DNA of 63,706 bases, the filler included, from Chiloscyllium plagiosum (lineage: Eukaryota), in assembly GCF_004010195.1 (NCBI RefSeq). It is 4 parts of one record of this genome, joined end to end, with 100 filler letters (N's around TTAATTAATTAA, not from the genome) between each part and the next. Parts side by side here need not be neighbours in the genome. Positions count along the whole stretch, not along the records: positions 28,636 to 56,516 come from NC_057717.1; positions 56,617 to 63,706 come from NC_057717.1; 2 more parts are not named here. One strand, written 5' to 3'. A program made the position numbers and the translations under genes. The notes under the pieces were generated by a model. It had not been told where the DNA came from, searched no databases, and worked only from the letters and a program-made list of their open reading frames with translations. The stretch's first letter is position 1; every line of letters begins with the position of its first letter. Of this stretch, positions 52,256 to 62,769 are shown piece after piece.

Positions 52256-52291
52256 ATTCGACGTTTCGGGCACAGGCCCTTCTTCAGGAAT
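52256..52291 (-). ncRNA. Minimal type I hammerhead ribozyme
   Basis: AUUC-CUGAAGA-A-GGGC-CUGU-GCCC-GAAAC-GUC-GAAU: full catalytic core, helix I AUUC/GAAU, helix II GGGC/GCCC, loop-less palindromic ACGU helix III. Confidence 0.85.
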
Positions 52292-52442
52292 GAGCAGAGA
52301 GTGTTCAGCAGGAGAAGATAAAAGGTAGGGAGGAGGGACTTGGAGGAGGGGAGTTGGAAATGTGATAGGTGGAAAGAGGCCAAGGTGAGGGTGATAGGTC
52401 GGAGTAGGATGGAGGCGGAGAGGTCAAGAAGAAGACAGCAGG

Positions 52443-55037
52443 TCAGGAAGGCGGTGCCGGGCGGGAAGGATCCGGCTGAGACAAGGTGGGGGGAGGGGGG
52501 ATGAAGAAACTGGTGAAGTCCAAGTCCACCCCCTGCGGTTGGAGGGTTCCCAGTCGGAAGATAAGACGCTCCTCCTCCGACCGTCGGGTTGTTGTGGTTT
52601 GGCGGTGGATGAGTCCAATGACCTGCATATCCTCGGTGGAGTGGGAGGGGGAGTTGAGATGCTGTGCTACAGGTTGGTTGGGTTGGTTCGTCCGGGTGGC
52701 CCAGAGGTGCTCTCTGAATCGCTCCGCAAGTAGGCGGCCTGTCTCCCCAATATAGAGGAGGCCACACCGGCTGCAGCGGATGCAGTAGATGATGTGGGTG
52801 GAGGTGCAGGTGAATCTGTGGCGGATATGGAAGTTTCCCTTGGGGCCTTGGAGAGAAGTGAGGGGGGAGGTGTGGGCGCAAGTGTTGCACCTCCTGCGGT
52901 TGCAAGGGAAGGTGCCGGGAGTGGAGGTTGGGTCGGTGGGGGGTGTGGATCTGACAAGGGAGTCGCGGAGGGAGTGGTCTCTACGGACAGCTGATAGGGG
53001 AGGGGAGGGAAATATATCCTTGGTGCTGGGGTCTGTTTGGAGGTGGCGGAAGTGACGGCGGATGATGCGCTGTACATGGAGATTGGTGGGGTGGTAGGTG
53101 AGGACCAGTGGGGTTCTGTCCTGGTGGCGGTTGGAGGGGCGGGGCTCAAGGGCGGAGGAGCGGGAAGTGGAGGAGATGCGGTGGAGGGCACTGTCGACCA
53201 CGTCGGGGGGGAAATTGCGGTCCTTGAAGAAGGAGGCCATCTGTGTTGTATGTATTTTGAACTGGTCCTCCTGGGAGCAGATGCGGCGGAGACGAAGGAA
53301 TTGGGAGAATGGGATGGCGTTTTTACAGGGGGCAGGATGGGAGGAGGTGTAGTCCAGGTAGCTGTGGGAGTCGGTAGGTTTGTAGTAGATGTCCGTGTTG
53401 ATTCGGTCGCCTGAGATAGAAACGGAAAGGTCTAGGAAGGGGAGGGAGGAGTCCGAGACTGTCCAGGTGAATTTGAGGTCGGGGTGGAAGGTGTTAGTGT
53501 AGTGGATGAGCTGTTCAACCTCCTCGTGGGAGCACGAGGTAGCGCCGATACAGTCATCAATGTAGCGGAGGAAAAGATGGGGGGTGGGGCCAGTGTAGTT
53601 GCGGAAGATGGATTGTTCCACATACCCTACGAAGAGGCAGGCATAGCTGGGGCCCCTGCGGGTGCCCATGGCTACTCCTTTTGTTTGGAGAAAGTGGGAG
53701 GATTGGAAAGGAAAGTTGTTCAGGGTGAGGACCAGTTCGGTCAGTCGAAGGAGGGTGTCGGTGGAAGGGTACTGGGTGGTACGGCGGGAAAGGAAGAAGC
53801 GGAGTGCTTTGAGTCCTTTGTGATGGGGGATGGAGGTGTACAGGGACTGGATGTCCATGGTGAAGATGAGGCGTTGGGGACCGGGGAAGCGGAAGTCCTG
53901 GAGGAGGTGGAGGGCGTGGGTGGTGTCACGAACGTAGGTGGGGAGTTCTTGGACTAATGGGGACAGGACCGTGTCGAGGTATGCCGAGATGTGTTCGGTT
54001 GGGCAGGAGCAGGCTGAGACGATGGGTCGTGCGGGGGAGTCAGGTTTGTGGATTTTGGGCAGGAGGTAGAAGCGGGCGGTGCGGGGTTGTGGGACTATGA
54101 GGTTGGAGGCGGTGGATGGGAGGTCCCCTGAGGTGATGAGGTTATGGATGGTCTGGGAGATGATGGTTTGGTGGTGGGGGATGGGGTCATGGTCAAAGGG
54201 ATGGTAGGAGGAGGTATCTGCGAGCTGGCGTTTGGCCTCAGCGGTGTAAAGGTCAGTGCGCCAGACTACTACTGCGCCTCCCTTGTCAGCTGGTTTGATG
54301 GTGAGGTTGGGGTTGGAACGGAGGGAGTGGAGGGCTGCGCGTTCCGAGGGTGAGAGGTTGGAGTGGGTGGGAGGGGTGTGGGAGTTCAGGTAGCGGTTAA
54401 TATCGCGGCGGCAGTTTGCTATGAAGAGGTCGAGGGCAGGTAGGAGGCCAGCACGGGGTGTCCAGGTGGACGGGGTGTGTTGGAGGTGGGAGAAGGGGTC
54501 GTCAGAGGGTGGGTGAGGGTCTTGATTGAAGAAGAAGGCACGGTGGCGAAGGCGGCGGAAGAATTGTTCGGTGTCACTCCGTGTATTGAATTCATTGACC
54601 CGAGAACGTGTGGGAACGAAGGTGAGACCTCTGCTGAGGACTGATCTTTTCGGTGTTACTCCGTGTATTGAATTCATTGACTTTTTTTTGGTGTCACTCC
54701 GTGTATTGAATTCATTGACCCGAGAACGTGTGGGAACGAAGGTGAGACCTCTGCTGAGGACTGATCTTTTCGGTGTTACTCCGTGTATTGAATTCATTGA
54801 CTTTTTTTTGGTGTCACTCCGTGTATTGAATTCATTGACCCGAGAACGTGTGGGAACGAAGGTGAGACCTCTGCTGAGGACTGATCTTTTCGGTGTTACT
54901 CCGTGTATTGAATTCATTGACAATTGTTCGATGTCACTCCGTGTATTGAATTCATTGACCCGAGAACGTGTGGGAACGAAGGTGAGACCTCTGCTGAGGA
55001 CTGATCTTTTCGGTGTTACTCCGTGTATTGAATTCAT
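52443..55037 (-). CDS. Penelope-like reverse transcriptase / GIY-YIG endonuclease; native part 52443-54650, N-terminus replaced by 40-aa repeats
   Basis: IKPADKGG, FYLLPKIHK..RPIVS, TMDIQSLYT, GVAMG, FLRYIDD, LPFLD, IIYCIRC..LYIGETGR..RFREH, EERLI; no stops. First in-frame ATG is at 55037; the track's start at 55106 is a GTG in the SINE. Confidence 0.9.
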   Translation of the reverse strand: MNSIHGVTPKRSVLSRGLTFVPTRSRVNEFNTRSDIEQLSMNSIHGVTPKRSVLSRGLTFVPTRSRVNEFNTRSDTKKKSMNSIHGVTPKRSVLSRGLTFVPTRSRVNEFNTRSDTKKKSMNSIHGVTPKRSVLSRGLTFVPTRSRVNEFNTRSDTEQFFRRLRHRAFFFNQDPHPPSDDPFSHLQHTPSTWTPRAGLLPALDLFIANCRRDINRYLNSHTPPTHSNLSPSERAALHSLRSNPNLTIKPADKGGAVVVWRTDLYTAEAKRQLADTSSYHPFDHDPIPHHQTIISQTIHNLITSGDLPSTASNLIVPQPRTARFYLLPKIHKPDSPARPIVSACSCPTEHISAYLDTVLSPLVQELPTYVRDTTHALHLLQDFRFPGPQRLIFTMDIQSLYTSIPHHKGLKALRFFLSRRTTQYPSTDTLLRLTELVLTLNNFPFQSSHFLQTKGVAMGTRRGPSYACLFVGYVEQSIFRNYTGPTPHLFLRYIDDCIGATSCSHEEVEQLIHYTNTFHPDLKFTWTVSDSSLPFLDLSVSISGDRINTDIYYKPTDSHSYLDYTSSHPAPCKNAIPFSQFLRLRRICSQEDQFKIHTTQMASFFKDRNFPPDVVDSALHRISSTSRSSALEPRPSNRHQDRTPLVLTYHPTNLHVQRIIRRHFRHLQTDPSTKDIFPSPPLSAVRRDHSLRDSLVRSTPPTDPTSTPGTFPCNRRRCNTCAHTSPLTSLQGPKGNFHIRHRFTCTSTHIIYCIRCSRCGLLYIGETGRLLAERFREHLWATRTNQPNQPVAQHLNSPSHSTEDMQVIGLIHRQTTTTRRSEEERLIFRLGTLQPQGVDLDFTSFFIPPPPTLSQPDPSRPAPPS

Positions 55038-55074
55038 TGACTTTTTTTTGGTGTCACTCCGTGTATTGAATTCA
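54571..55074. repeat. 120-bp tandem array (4 units + 24 bp) derived from the element's own ORF
   Basis: Units start at 54571, 54691, 54811, 54931 and 55051; ACTCCGTGTATTGAATTCA occurs 9 times. Confidence 0.97.
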
Positions 55075-55133
55075 TGGACTTGTTGGGCCGAAGGGCCTGT
55101 TTCCACACTGTAATCTAATCTAATCTAATCTAA
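55075..55133 (+). mobile_element. Young HE1-type SINE, 3' part
   Basis: TGGACTTGTTGGGCCGAAGGGCCTGTTTCCACACTG(TAATC)n continues the SINE broken at 52198. Confidence 0.95.
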
Positions 55134-55920
55134 ACCATTAGTTCTTCATTCTTAATTCACCTTGAATACGTCAGAGGGTATTTATGGGTGAACCACATTG
55201 TTGTGGATCTGGAGTGACATGTTGACAGGACTCGTTATGGTGGGCAGATTTCCTTTTCGAAGGGACATGAATAATGAGTTTTCAGCATATTAAAGTTATT
55301 TTATCTGTTTCTGAGATTGGGTTCATTTTCCAGATTTTATTCATCGAATTTAAATAACAGCATCTGCCCCGTTCCAGTCTTCAAGATTTCTCGCCCAATT
55401 TCTCGCCATTGCACTCACAANNNNNNNNNNNNNNNNNNNNNNNNNNNNNNNNNNNNNNNNNNNNNNNNNNNNNNNNNNNNNNNNNNNNNNNNNNNNNNNN
55501 NNNNNNNNNNNNNNNNNNNNNNNNNNNNNNNNNNNNNNNNNNNNNNNNNNNNNNNNNNNNNNNNNNNNNNNNNNNNNNNNNNNNNNNNNNNNNNNNNNNN
55601 NNNNNNNNNNNNNNNNNNNNNNNNNNNNNNNNNNNNNNNNNNNNNNNNNNNNNNNNNNNNNNNNNNNNNNNNNNNNNNNNNNNNNNNNNNNNNNNNNNNN
55701 NNNNNNNNNNNNNNNNNNNNNNNNNNNNNNNNNNNNNNNNNNNNNNNNNNNNNNNNNNNNNNNNNNNNNNNNNNNNNNNNNNNNNNNNNNNNNNNNNNNN
55801 NNNNNNNNNNNNNNNNNNNNNNNNNNNNNNNNNNNNNNNNNNNNNNNNNNNNNNNNNNNNNNNNNNNNNNNNNNNNNNNNNNNNNNNNNNNNNNNNNNNN
55901 NNNNNNNNNNNNNNNNNNNN

Positions 55921-56516
55921 CCGTCAGTCCAACCAATCCATGCTGAACATACTGCCAAACTAATCTAGTCCCATCTGCCTCCTTCTGTACCCGTTGAGTA
56001 GTTATAATGCCCTTGTAGTTTTCTTACTGTGATGTTAATCCAAAAAAACCTGGTAATATTTTGGGGACAAAGGGTTCAGGTCCTGGTATGACAGATAGTG
56101 GAGTTTGAATTCAATGCGCACCTGGAATTGAAGAGTCGCGTGATGACCTGAATCAGATGTGTGGAAAATCCCATCTGATTCACTCATGCCAGAACGGGAA
56201 GCAAACTGTCATATTCATCTGGTCTGTCCCACAGGAGACTCCACATGGATAATATCGTGGCTGACTCTTAAATGTCCTCTGGGAAATAACTGATGTACTA
56301 GGCATGAATAAATTTATTTTAAAAATCCCACTTTCCCGTTCATGTTTGGGATCAATTGTCCTTTAAATGTTGCAAACGTACCCTCATCCATCACTTGCTC
56401 AGCAAGTTAATTGTACACGTAAAACACCTTCCCTAAAAAAAGCCTCACATGTCTTTTTTTAAAAAAAAATCTCTCTCTTTTCATCTTAAACATATGCCCT
56501 CTCGCCTTGAAATCCC
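55921..56516 (+). repeat. Direct duplicate of about 40552-41146 (CR1 tail with nested SINE), bounded by gaps
   Basis: Same nested junctions; roughly 90% identical by eye. Confidence 0.9.
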
Positions 56517-56560
56517 NNNNNNNNNNNNNNNNNNNNNNNNNNNNNNNNNNNNNNNNNNNN

Positions 56561-56572
56561 TTAATTAATTAA
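56561..56572. other. Artificial scaffold linker
   Basis: TTAATTAATTAA in N run. Confidence 0.95.
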
Positions 56573-56616
56573 NNNNNNNNNNNNNNNNNNNNNNNNNNNN
56601 NNNNNNNNNNNNNNNN

Positions 56617-58411
56617 TGGGTGACCTTTGGACCTTTGGCTTCTCCCCTACTCCTACTATTAATAAAACGAGAAATAAACCCGATCAAATCCGCCCTACTG
56701 TAATATCAAATGTTCCTTGTCATCAAGGTGCATCTCCTGCAATAGGACAACATCCACCCTCTCCTTTCTAAGACTAGAAAGTACATTTTACCTCTTGACT
56801 GGACGATGGCTCCGCTTATTGTTCCAGGTTCACCATTTAAGCACATCATTATCCATCACACACTGTAGCAACATTTGAGCTCTAGAGAGGAAGAACTCGA
56901 ATTACACATCACTGATCATGAATGAAAAAAGACTCATAGAGCTTTAAAACAACACAAAGTAAGACTACTACATCTAACAAAAGCTCTCAAAACTTTCCAA
57001 AACTAAACACATAAAAAAAGAAACAAAATCCAAAGTGCCAATGACACTTCATAGGGAATTTACCCCACACCCGCCCAGTGGGGACGGTTCCACATCACAA
57101 AACTTTATCTTCTACCAATATGACATCCAGGGCAATTAACAACAAAAATCGTGCTTCAACTGCCCTTTGGTCGGTATTTAATCATCTCAAGTACCTTTGT
57201 AACCCGCTCCAGCTTGAGCCGCACCCCAGACACAAGCAAGGAAAAAGAAAAAGTGTAGTAATAGTAATGAAGAAGTTAAAAGTGAGTACTCTACCCATCC
57301 CCGACTACAATTTAACACTGGTTAATACCAGAAAAGTCCAAGAAAATTTCTTTACGAGAGAAACATGATTATCTAAACATCCATCTTACTTTAAAATGTC
57401 CACAAAGTTTTCGCTTTTTCTGGAGAGTCAGAAGAGTGTATGGATCCATTGAAAGCAAAATGGAGCATCGCTGGGTACCGTAAGGAATACTGAATCCCTA
57501 GTTCCCTTACTCTTCTCCTGATATCATCAAAAGATTTTATTTCCTGAATCACCGCCGTTGAAAAGTCCTGAAAGAACATAATCCTGGAGCCCTCGTGAAT
57601 TAAACCCATCGGATCTTTCCCCTGGGTACTTAAAGATTCCATCAGTCTTTGTTAATCCCCATAACTATGTAATCGCGAAAGGACAGAACGAAGGCGTGGA
57701 TCTGAGTCTGACCTCCGCGCTGTAACCCGATGAGCTGTCTCGCTCTTCACCCGTCCCTCTTCAGCTTCGAAGTGAAGGAATCCTGGCAGCCAGTTCTCAA
57801 TAAACTCAATGCCTGACCACCTTCTGTCCTGTCCAGCAAACGGACGAGGTGAACATTCTTCATCCTACCCCTGTTCTCGAGGTGGTCGTCATGTTCAGTT
57901 AAGGAATGGACCTGTTTTTCAAAAACGAGGATCCTCTCCTGAAAGGAATCGGACTCTGCCACTGCAGTTCGGCACTTGACATCATCTGATCTGTTTCCAA
58001 GGGTGTCAAGTTGCTGCACATGTTTTTGGAGCGCGGCTGAGAGTGGCTGTATCCACTGCTGAACTCTTCTTCTATCATGCTTCAATCATTTCACATAACT
58101 TGGTGAACTCAGTGACCAAGGCCTGGTGAGTAACTGGGTCCATGGAACGAGCAGAGTGGGTTGCAGCTACAGCCTCAGGCAGGCTCGATGCTACTGACGG
58201 GTGCACCGGTGTTGGGACTTATTCGATCCTTTCCCATGTTTTGTCATTTCCACTTGATATAACGGAATTAGTAAAGATTCTATCGCTCTTTTAATGTTGA
58301 ATTTTACGTAAAAAGCTGGGATGGGATGGGTTCGAGAGCCATTTTCCCCTTGCAGTGATGCAGAGCCCAGCAAATCAGACCTTCCAGATCGCCGCCATCT
58401 TGGATTCCCCC
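56617..58411 (-). mobile_element. L1-clade LINE copy C (5' UTR, ORF1, start of ORF2; cut by gap)
   Basis: LENRGRMKNVHLV and IMFFQDFSTAVIQEIKSFDDIRRRVRELGIQYSLRYPAML; same 5' flank as copy A. Confidence 0.92.
58391..58402 (-). promoter_or_regulatory. YY1-type motif CAAGATGGCGGC at the L1 5' end
   Basis: Consensus match a few bases inside the element start, as in L1 internal promoters; copy A has CAAGATGGCAGC at 3168-3179. Confidence 0.6.
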
Positions 58412-59034
58412 TTAATGTTTTATCGATATTATCATTTCATTTTGCATTATATTCCTGGATGTTCTGGACCTGTGTAATTTTATACCATTGTCTACATTTT
58501 CCCCTATGCTGCAAATTGCTGCCCATTCCTCATTAATCCTTGACTCTGTTGTTATTTATGAACCTTCCATCTGTGCCTCAAAAATATTCAATATTTCTGC
58601 CTCCAATGCTCTGTGGGGAAGAGTGTTCCAAAGCTTCTCAGCACTTTGAGAAAATAAATATAAACATTATGATCTGAGTGTGAGATTAGTTTTTTTGTGT
58701 CTCCTTATCTGAGAAAGGATATAATTACATTGAAAGCAGTTCAGAGATATTTTATTTTACGGTTTCCTGGGGTGAAGGCCTTATATTATGAAGATTTTAA
58801 CAGGTTACTCCTGGAATGAGAATGAAGCATATAAGACCTTGAGGAGAATACATTGGAAGCAATTCAGTGATGTTTCTTTTCACGTATTCCTGTCGTGAAG
58901 GGCTTATATTATGAAGGCTTTAACAGGTTACTTTTGGAATGAGAATGAAACATACAAGACCTTGATGAGAGTGGATCCGGTATATACCCACTGAGTGTTT
59001 GTAAAGTCCAAAATTGTCGTCATTGTCATAGGAG

Positions 59035-59340
59035 CCCTACAGTGTGGAGGCAGGACATTCCGTCCATTAAGTCCGCACTGACCCACCAAACAGCATCGTA
59101 CCTTATCCATGTATCCCTGCATTTCTCATAACTAACCCACCTAACCTACACATCCCTGGGCACTATGGGCAATCCACTTTAAACTGCGTATCTTTGGACG
59201 TGGTAGGAAACTGTAGCACTGAGAGGAAATACACACAGGCATGGGGAGAATGTTCAAACTCCACATCGAGGGTCGTCTGAGGTTGGAATTGAACCCAGCT
59301 CCTTAGTGATGTGAGGCAGCAGTGCCACCCACAGATCCAT
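59035..59340 (-). mobile_element. Diverged HE1/V-SINE-like element (paralog of 2337 and 17746)
   Basis: GTGAGGCAGCAGTGC and GGAATTGAACCC are reverse complements of the SINE head. Confidence 0.82.
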
Positions 59341-61139
59341 CATACTCATCCGTTAGTTCTGTTAGTAACGTGGCTGACTAAAGAAATCTGCCTGACTTGT
59401 TCTTATCACTGAACCTGACCCAGTCTGAGACCTTTATCATCGGCCATATCACCACCCTCGTTACATTTAAAATTTGTTGTGAGCGGTGGAGTAGTGGGAC
59501 TAGAAAACGAAATGGTGACACCCTCCATCCTCAGTCACAACTAGATTGAGAAGAAATTCACAAAATGGGAATTTATTCAAGTGGGAATCCTCTTTCCCAG
59601 AAGTTTGGGATGGCTAGTTCTTTATATTATAACGAGGCTCGCTTCGTCTGAATTTCCATAGACAGGTGAATCAGGGATAATGGTACATGGAGAGAAAAGT
59701 GAAGCTGGGACTACAATGAGATGAGCCATGACCTCATTTATTGGTGGAGTGTCAAAGGGCCGAACGGCCCCCTCGTGTCCCTCAGCTCTGTGTTTTGATG
59801 TTCCAATCAGCCCTGCCGTCCTGCTACACACAGGTAGATTGAGGCCACTCCGACGGTTAGGTGTAGTTTTGGAAATGGACTTGGAAAATCCAGGCTGGAT
59901 CAGGAAGTGACCCTCACCCCCAATCCCTGTTTCTAGGCTTCCCCTCTCTATAACTTTTGCCCCAGATGTCAGTCATGTCCCAGACCCAGATTCGCTGTGA
60001 AAACGGCCCCTATACTCCACCCAGGGTAAACTCAAGCAAATCCTCCGCTCATCTCAATGTTGCATTACACAACACAACTTCCGGGTAAATAACCAGTTAC
60101 TTTCCAAAAGCATAACATGTGAAATTAATAAATAGGAACAAGAGTAGGCTATTCGGCCCCTCAAGCTTGCCCTATCATTTAATACGAACATGGTTGATCT
60201 ACTCCAGGGCTCGACTCCACTTTCTTGCCGACTCCTTGATGAGAGTGAATTAGGTATATACTCGCTGGGTGTTTGCATTGTCCAAATTTGTTGTCCCTCC
60301 ACACCTCTGCGGGTTACGGAATTCCAGACATTCTCTACCTTCTGAGAGAAGACATCACTTTGCATCTCAGACTGAAATCGATGTTCCATATTCGATATCT
60401 ATGTCATCGAGTTCGAGACTCCACCCGGGAATGGTAACAACTTCTCAACATCTACCGTGTCAACCCCTCTCTGTGTCTTGTATTTTTCAGCAGTATCACT
60501 CCTCATTCATTTAAAGCCCAATGAATAATCGCCTCACCATTTTAGAGATTCTCAGTAACACAACCCTTTCATCCCAGGAATCCTTCTAATGAACCAACCG
60601 AGTTACTTGTTGCACCAGCATGCTGACTTTATGTTTCATACACAGGAAGACTCCACTCCCTTTGTACTGCTCCTTTTCTGGAAGTCCTCTCCATTAAATA
60701 ACAGACTGTCTTTTGGTTCTCAATGTCATCCACAAACTCGAAAATATATTGCACACAACTCCCTCCTTCAGGTTGTCAGTATAGATCCTAAATATTTGAT
60801 GCCATCGAACTCATAGCTGTGGTACACCAGCAGATACACCTTTATCATGAAGATCCATTAATCCTGACTCTCCGATTGCTATGAGCTCACCAATCATCAT
60901 TCCATGCTAAGACATTATCCATCATCCTATGAACTTCTGTCTTGTGTAAGAACTTTTATTTTGTCATACCTTGTGGAAAATCTCTGGAAAGCCTCGTGAC
61001 TAACATATCCCCTTTATCAAAACCGCTTGTTACATACTCAGGCATCTCCAGAAATACTTTGCATGATTTTACAGGGCAAAGTAAGATTTCCCTTTCACAA
61101 AACCACTCTGATCCTGCGTGAAGCTTTTCTAAATGTCCA

Positions 61140-61462
61140 TGCTGGCCAGGTTTTCCAAATTAGGCTTGTCCCATCTGTTTTCATTTGGCCCATATGCCTC
61201 TAAATATTTCCCATCCATATGTTTGTCCAAAGGAATTTTAAATGTTGTAGCTGTACTGGCATCTTCCACCCTTCCTCTGGCAGCTCATTCCATACCCACA
61301 CCACCCTCTGTTCCTTTTAAATCTTTCATCTATCACCTTAAACGTATGCCTTCTATGGCTGAACTCCCCCATGCCTTTGGAAAGATCTTGGCTATTCATC
61401 CTATCCATATCACTCATGATTTTAGAAATTTTTACAATGTCACCAACCAACCTCCTACACTC
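61140..61462 (-). mobile_element. CR1 LINE 3' fragment
   Basis: RRLVGDIVKISKIMSDMDRMNS...RRHTFKVIDERFK. Confidence 0.8.
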
Positions 61463-61949
61463 CATCTGATACTAATTACAAGAACAAGCACTTAAAGATA
61501 AGCAATGAAAATTTGAAACAATATTAAACATGACAGGTAAACAATACTCAGCCCAAACTTTGGTGATTTGTTTTTCCCTTTATTACAATACTAAGGCAGC
61601 ATGAAATGCTTACTAGTGCCAATAAGAAGTCAAGCACCTGGATTCCTTTTTCTAAAGGAGGCGATGATCTGGACTATGAAAACATATCTATGGCCAGATC
61701 TATATAATGCCACATAGTCAGCATTCTCCCTCCTGGCCTCCCTATGACCTTGTCTGGTTGTGTCTTCTTTATCTTGCACTCAATTGAGAGAACCCCTTTC
61801 CCTATTCACACCTTAATTTAAACACATTTTACATCATCCACTCGTTCAGCAGTGCTAAAAACCCGTTTATCTATGCCACACCATCTTTTCCCTGTCACCC
61901 ATCTTCCACCCCTGATAAGGGATTAAAAATCCCAGTTTCCAATCCTTTG

Positions 61950-62042
61950 CAGTTCTGAAGAAGTGTCACTCTGGACTTGAAATGCTAACGCTTTTTCTCT
62001 GTCTCTGCAGATGCTGACAGACCTGCTGAGTTTCTCCAGAAA
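61950..62042 (+). mobile_element. Short Penelope-derived end with decayed hammerhead (third family)
   Basis: GTTCTGAAGAAGTGTCACTCTGGACTTGAAA...GATGCTGACAGACCTGCTGAGTTTCTCCAG; relatives near 15145-15272, 31400-31560 and 62100-62226. Confidence 0.55.
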
Positions 62043-62769
62043 TGAATACGCACAGAATAAATTTTCACTAAAACAAATGACTATGGATACTGGAAATAAA
62101 AGTACAAAAATTGCTGGAGATACTGGGAGCTTTTTAAAGGGTCACAGGACCTGAAAGTTTAACTCTGTATTCACTCCAGAAGATGCTGCAACATTTTCAG
62201 TAATTTCTTCTGCAATATCTGTTTTTGGACAATTTCCAGAAGGATGTCAAAGATGCTCAAACATTCTGTCCAACATGGAATGCCGTATACTGGGAACTGA
62301 ACAATAATGCATAGTGCACAATTGCCTTCACTCTGAAACTCAATGGATTGGCATCATTGACACTACAGAGCTTTTAATCATGGTCAGGGAGTAAAACAGA
62401 GGGAAGCACATTCACTTCAAATACAGAAGTTGACATTGTGGAAAATAAACGATTTAGATTATTACCTTAAATTGATTGAGTTAAAGTAACAAATTGGAGG
62501 AGTGACACCAGGGAGATGTCCTCAGCACAATGAGAATCTGAAAATTGATGTGTTACCGCACCAGAGACCAGGTTAGGTCACTGAATACAGGGCTGATGCC
62601 AAGGTCGGAATCACGTGCACCTAAACCTGTTGACAACCCATTAAAGCGACCACACTTGACTGGTTGCATTCCAAACAGCAGAACTAACTTCTGATGGAGA
62701 GGGGGAAATGATCCCAAGACTAACACTTCGGATCTAAGCTCTGTCGTCCTGCTAAATCGAAGTATAAAT

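Larger units (their letters stand above)
52199..55074 (-). mobile_element. Young 5'-truncated Penelope-like retroelement (probably Neptune group)
   Basis: Open RT + GIY-YIG frame, Cys-rich linker (CNRRRCNTC), 3' pLTR with hammerhead and AATAAA, 12-bp TSD TGGACTTGTTGG at 52187-52198 and 55075-55086. Confidence 0.96.
56617..62600 (-). repeat. Segmental duplication unit, copy C (inverted, more diverged)
   Basis: 56617-61138 is the reverse complement of about 480-4860 / 15895 onward; 62040-62600 is the reverse complement of about 14770-15333. Confidence 0.88.

Noticed and set aside
54571..55074. CRISPR-like repeat/spacer array (recurring ~30-nt motif with TGAATTCA palindrome)
   Set aside because: The intervening sequences are themselves repeated and derive from the adjacent retroelement ORF; eukaryotic context and no cas genes.
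55104..55106. Met start of the 887-aa ORF
   Set aside because: The codon is GTG and lies in the antisense SINE tail outside the element.
52231..55113. Overlapping alternative-frame and antisense ORFs over the PLE (e.g. 54526-55113, 53484-53957, 52231-52905)
   Set aside because: Expected shadows of a GC-rich, strand-biased ORF and an in-frame repeat; no recognisable domains.
7786..55963. Long ORFs in the track consisting mostly of X
   Set aside because: They stay open only because they cross N gaps.
15378..56572. Recurrent palindrome TTAATTAATTAA (15378, 28580, 56561) as a biological motif
   Set aside because: Always centred in a 100-base N gap; it is an artificial six-frame-stop scaffold linker.
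59441..59461. 5S rRNA-like start CGGCCATATCACCACCCT
   Set aside because: Similarity needs a gap, ends after about 18 nt and is weaker in the paralog at about 17615-17640.
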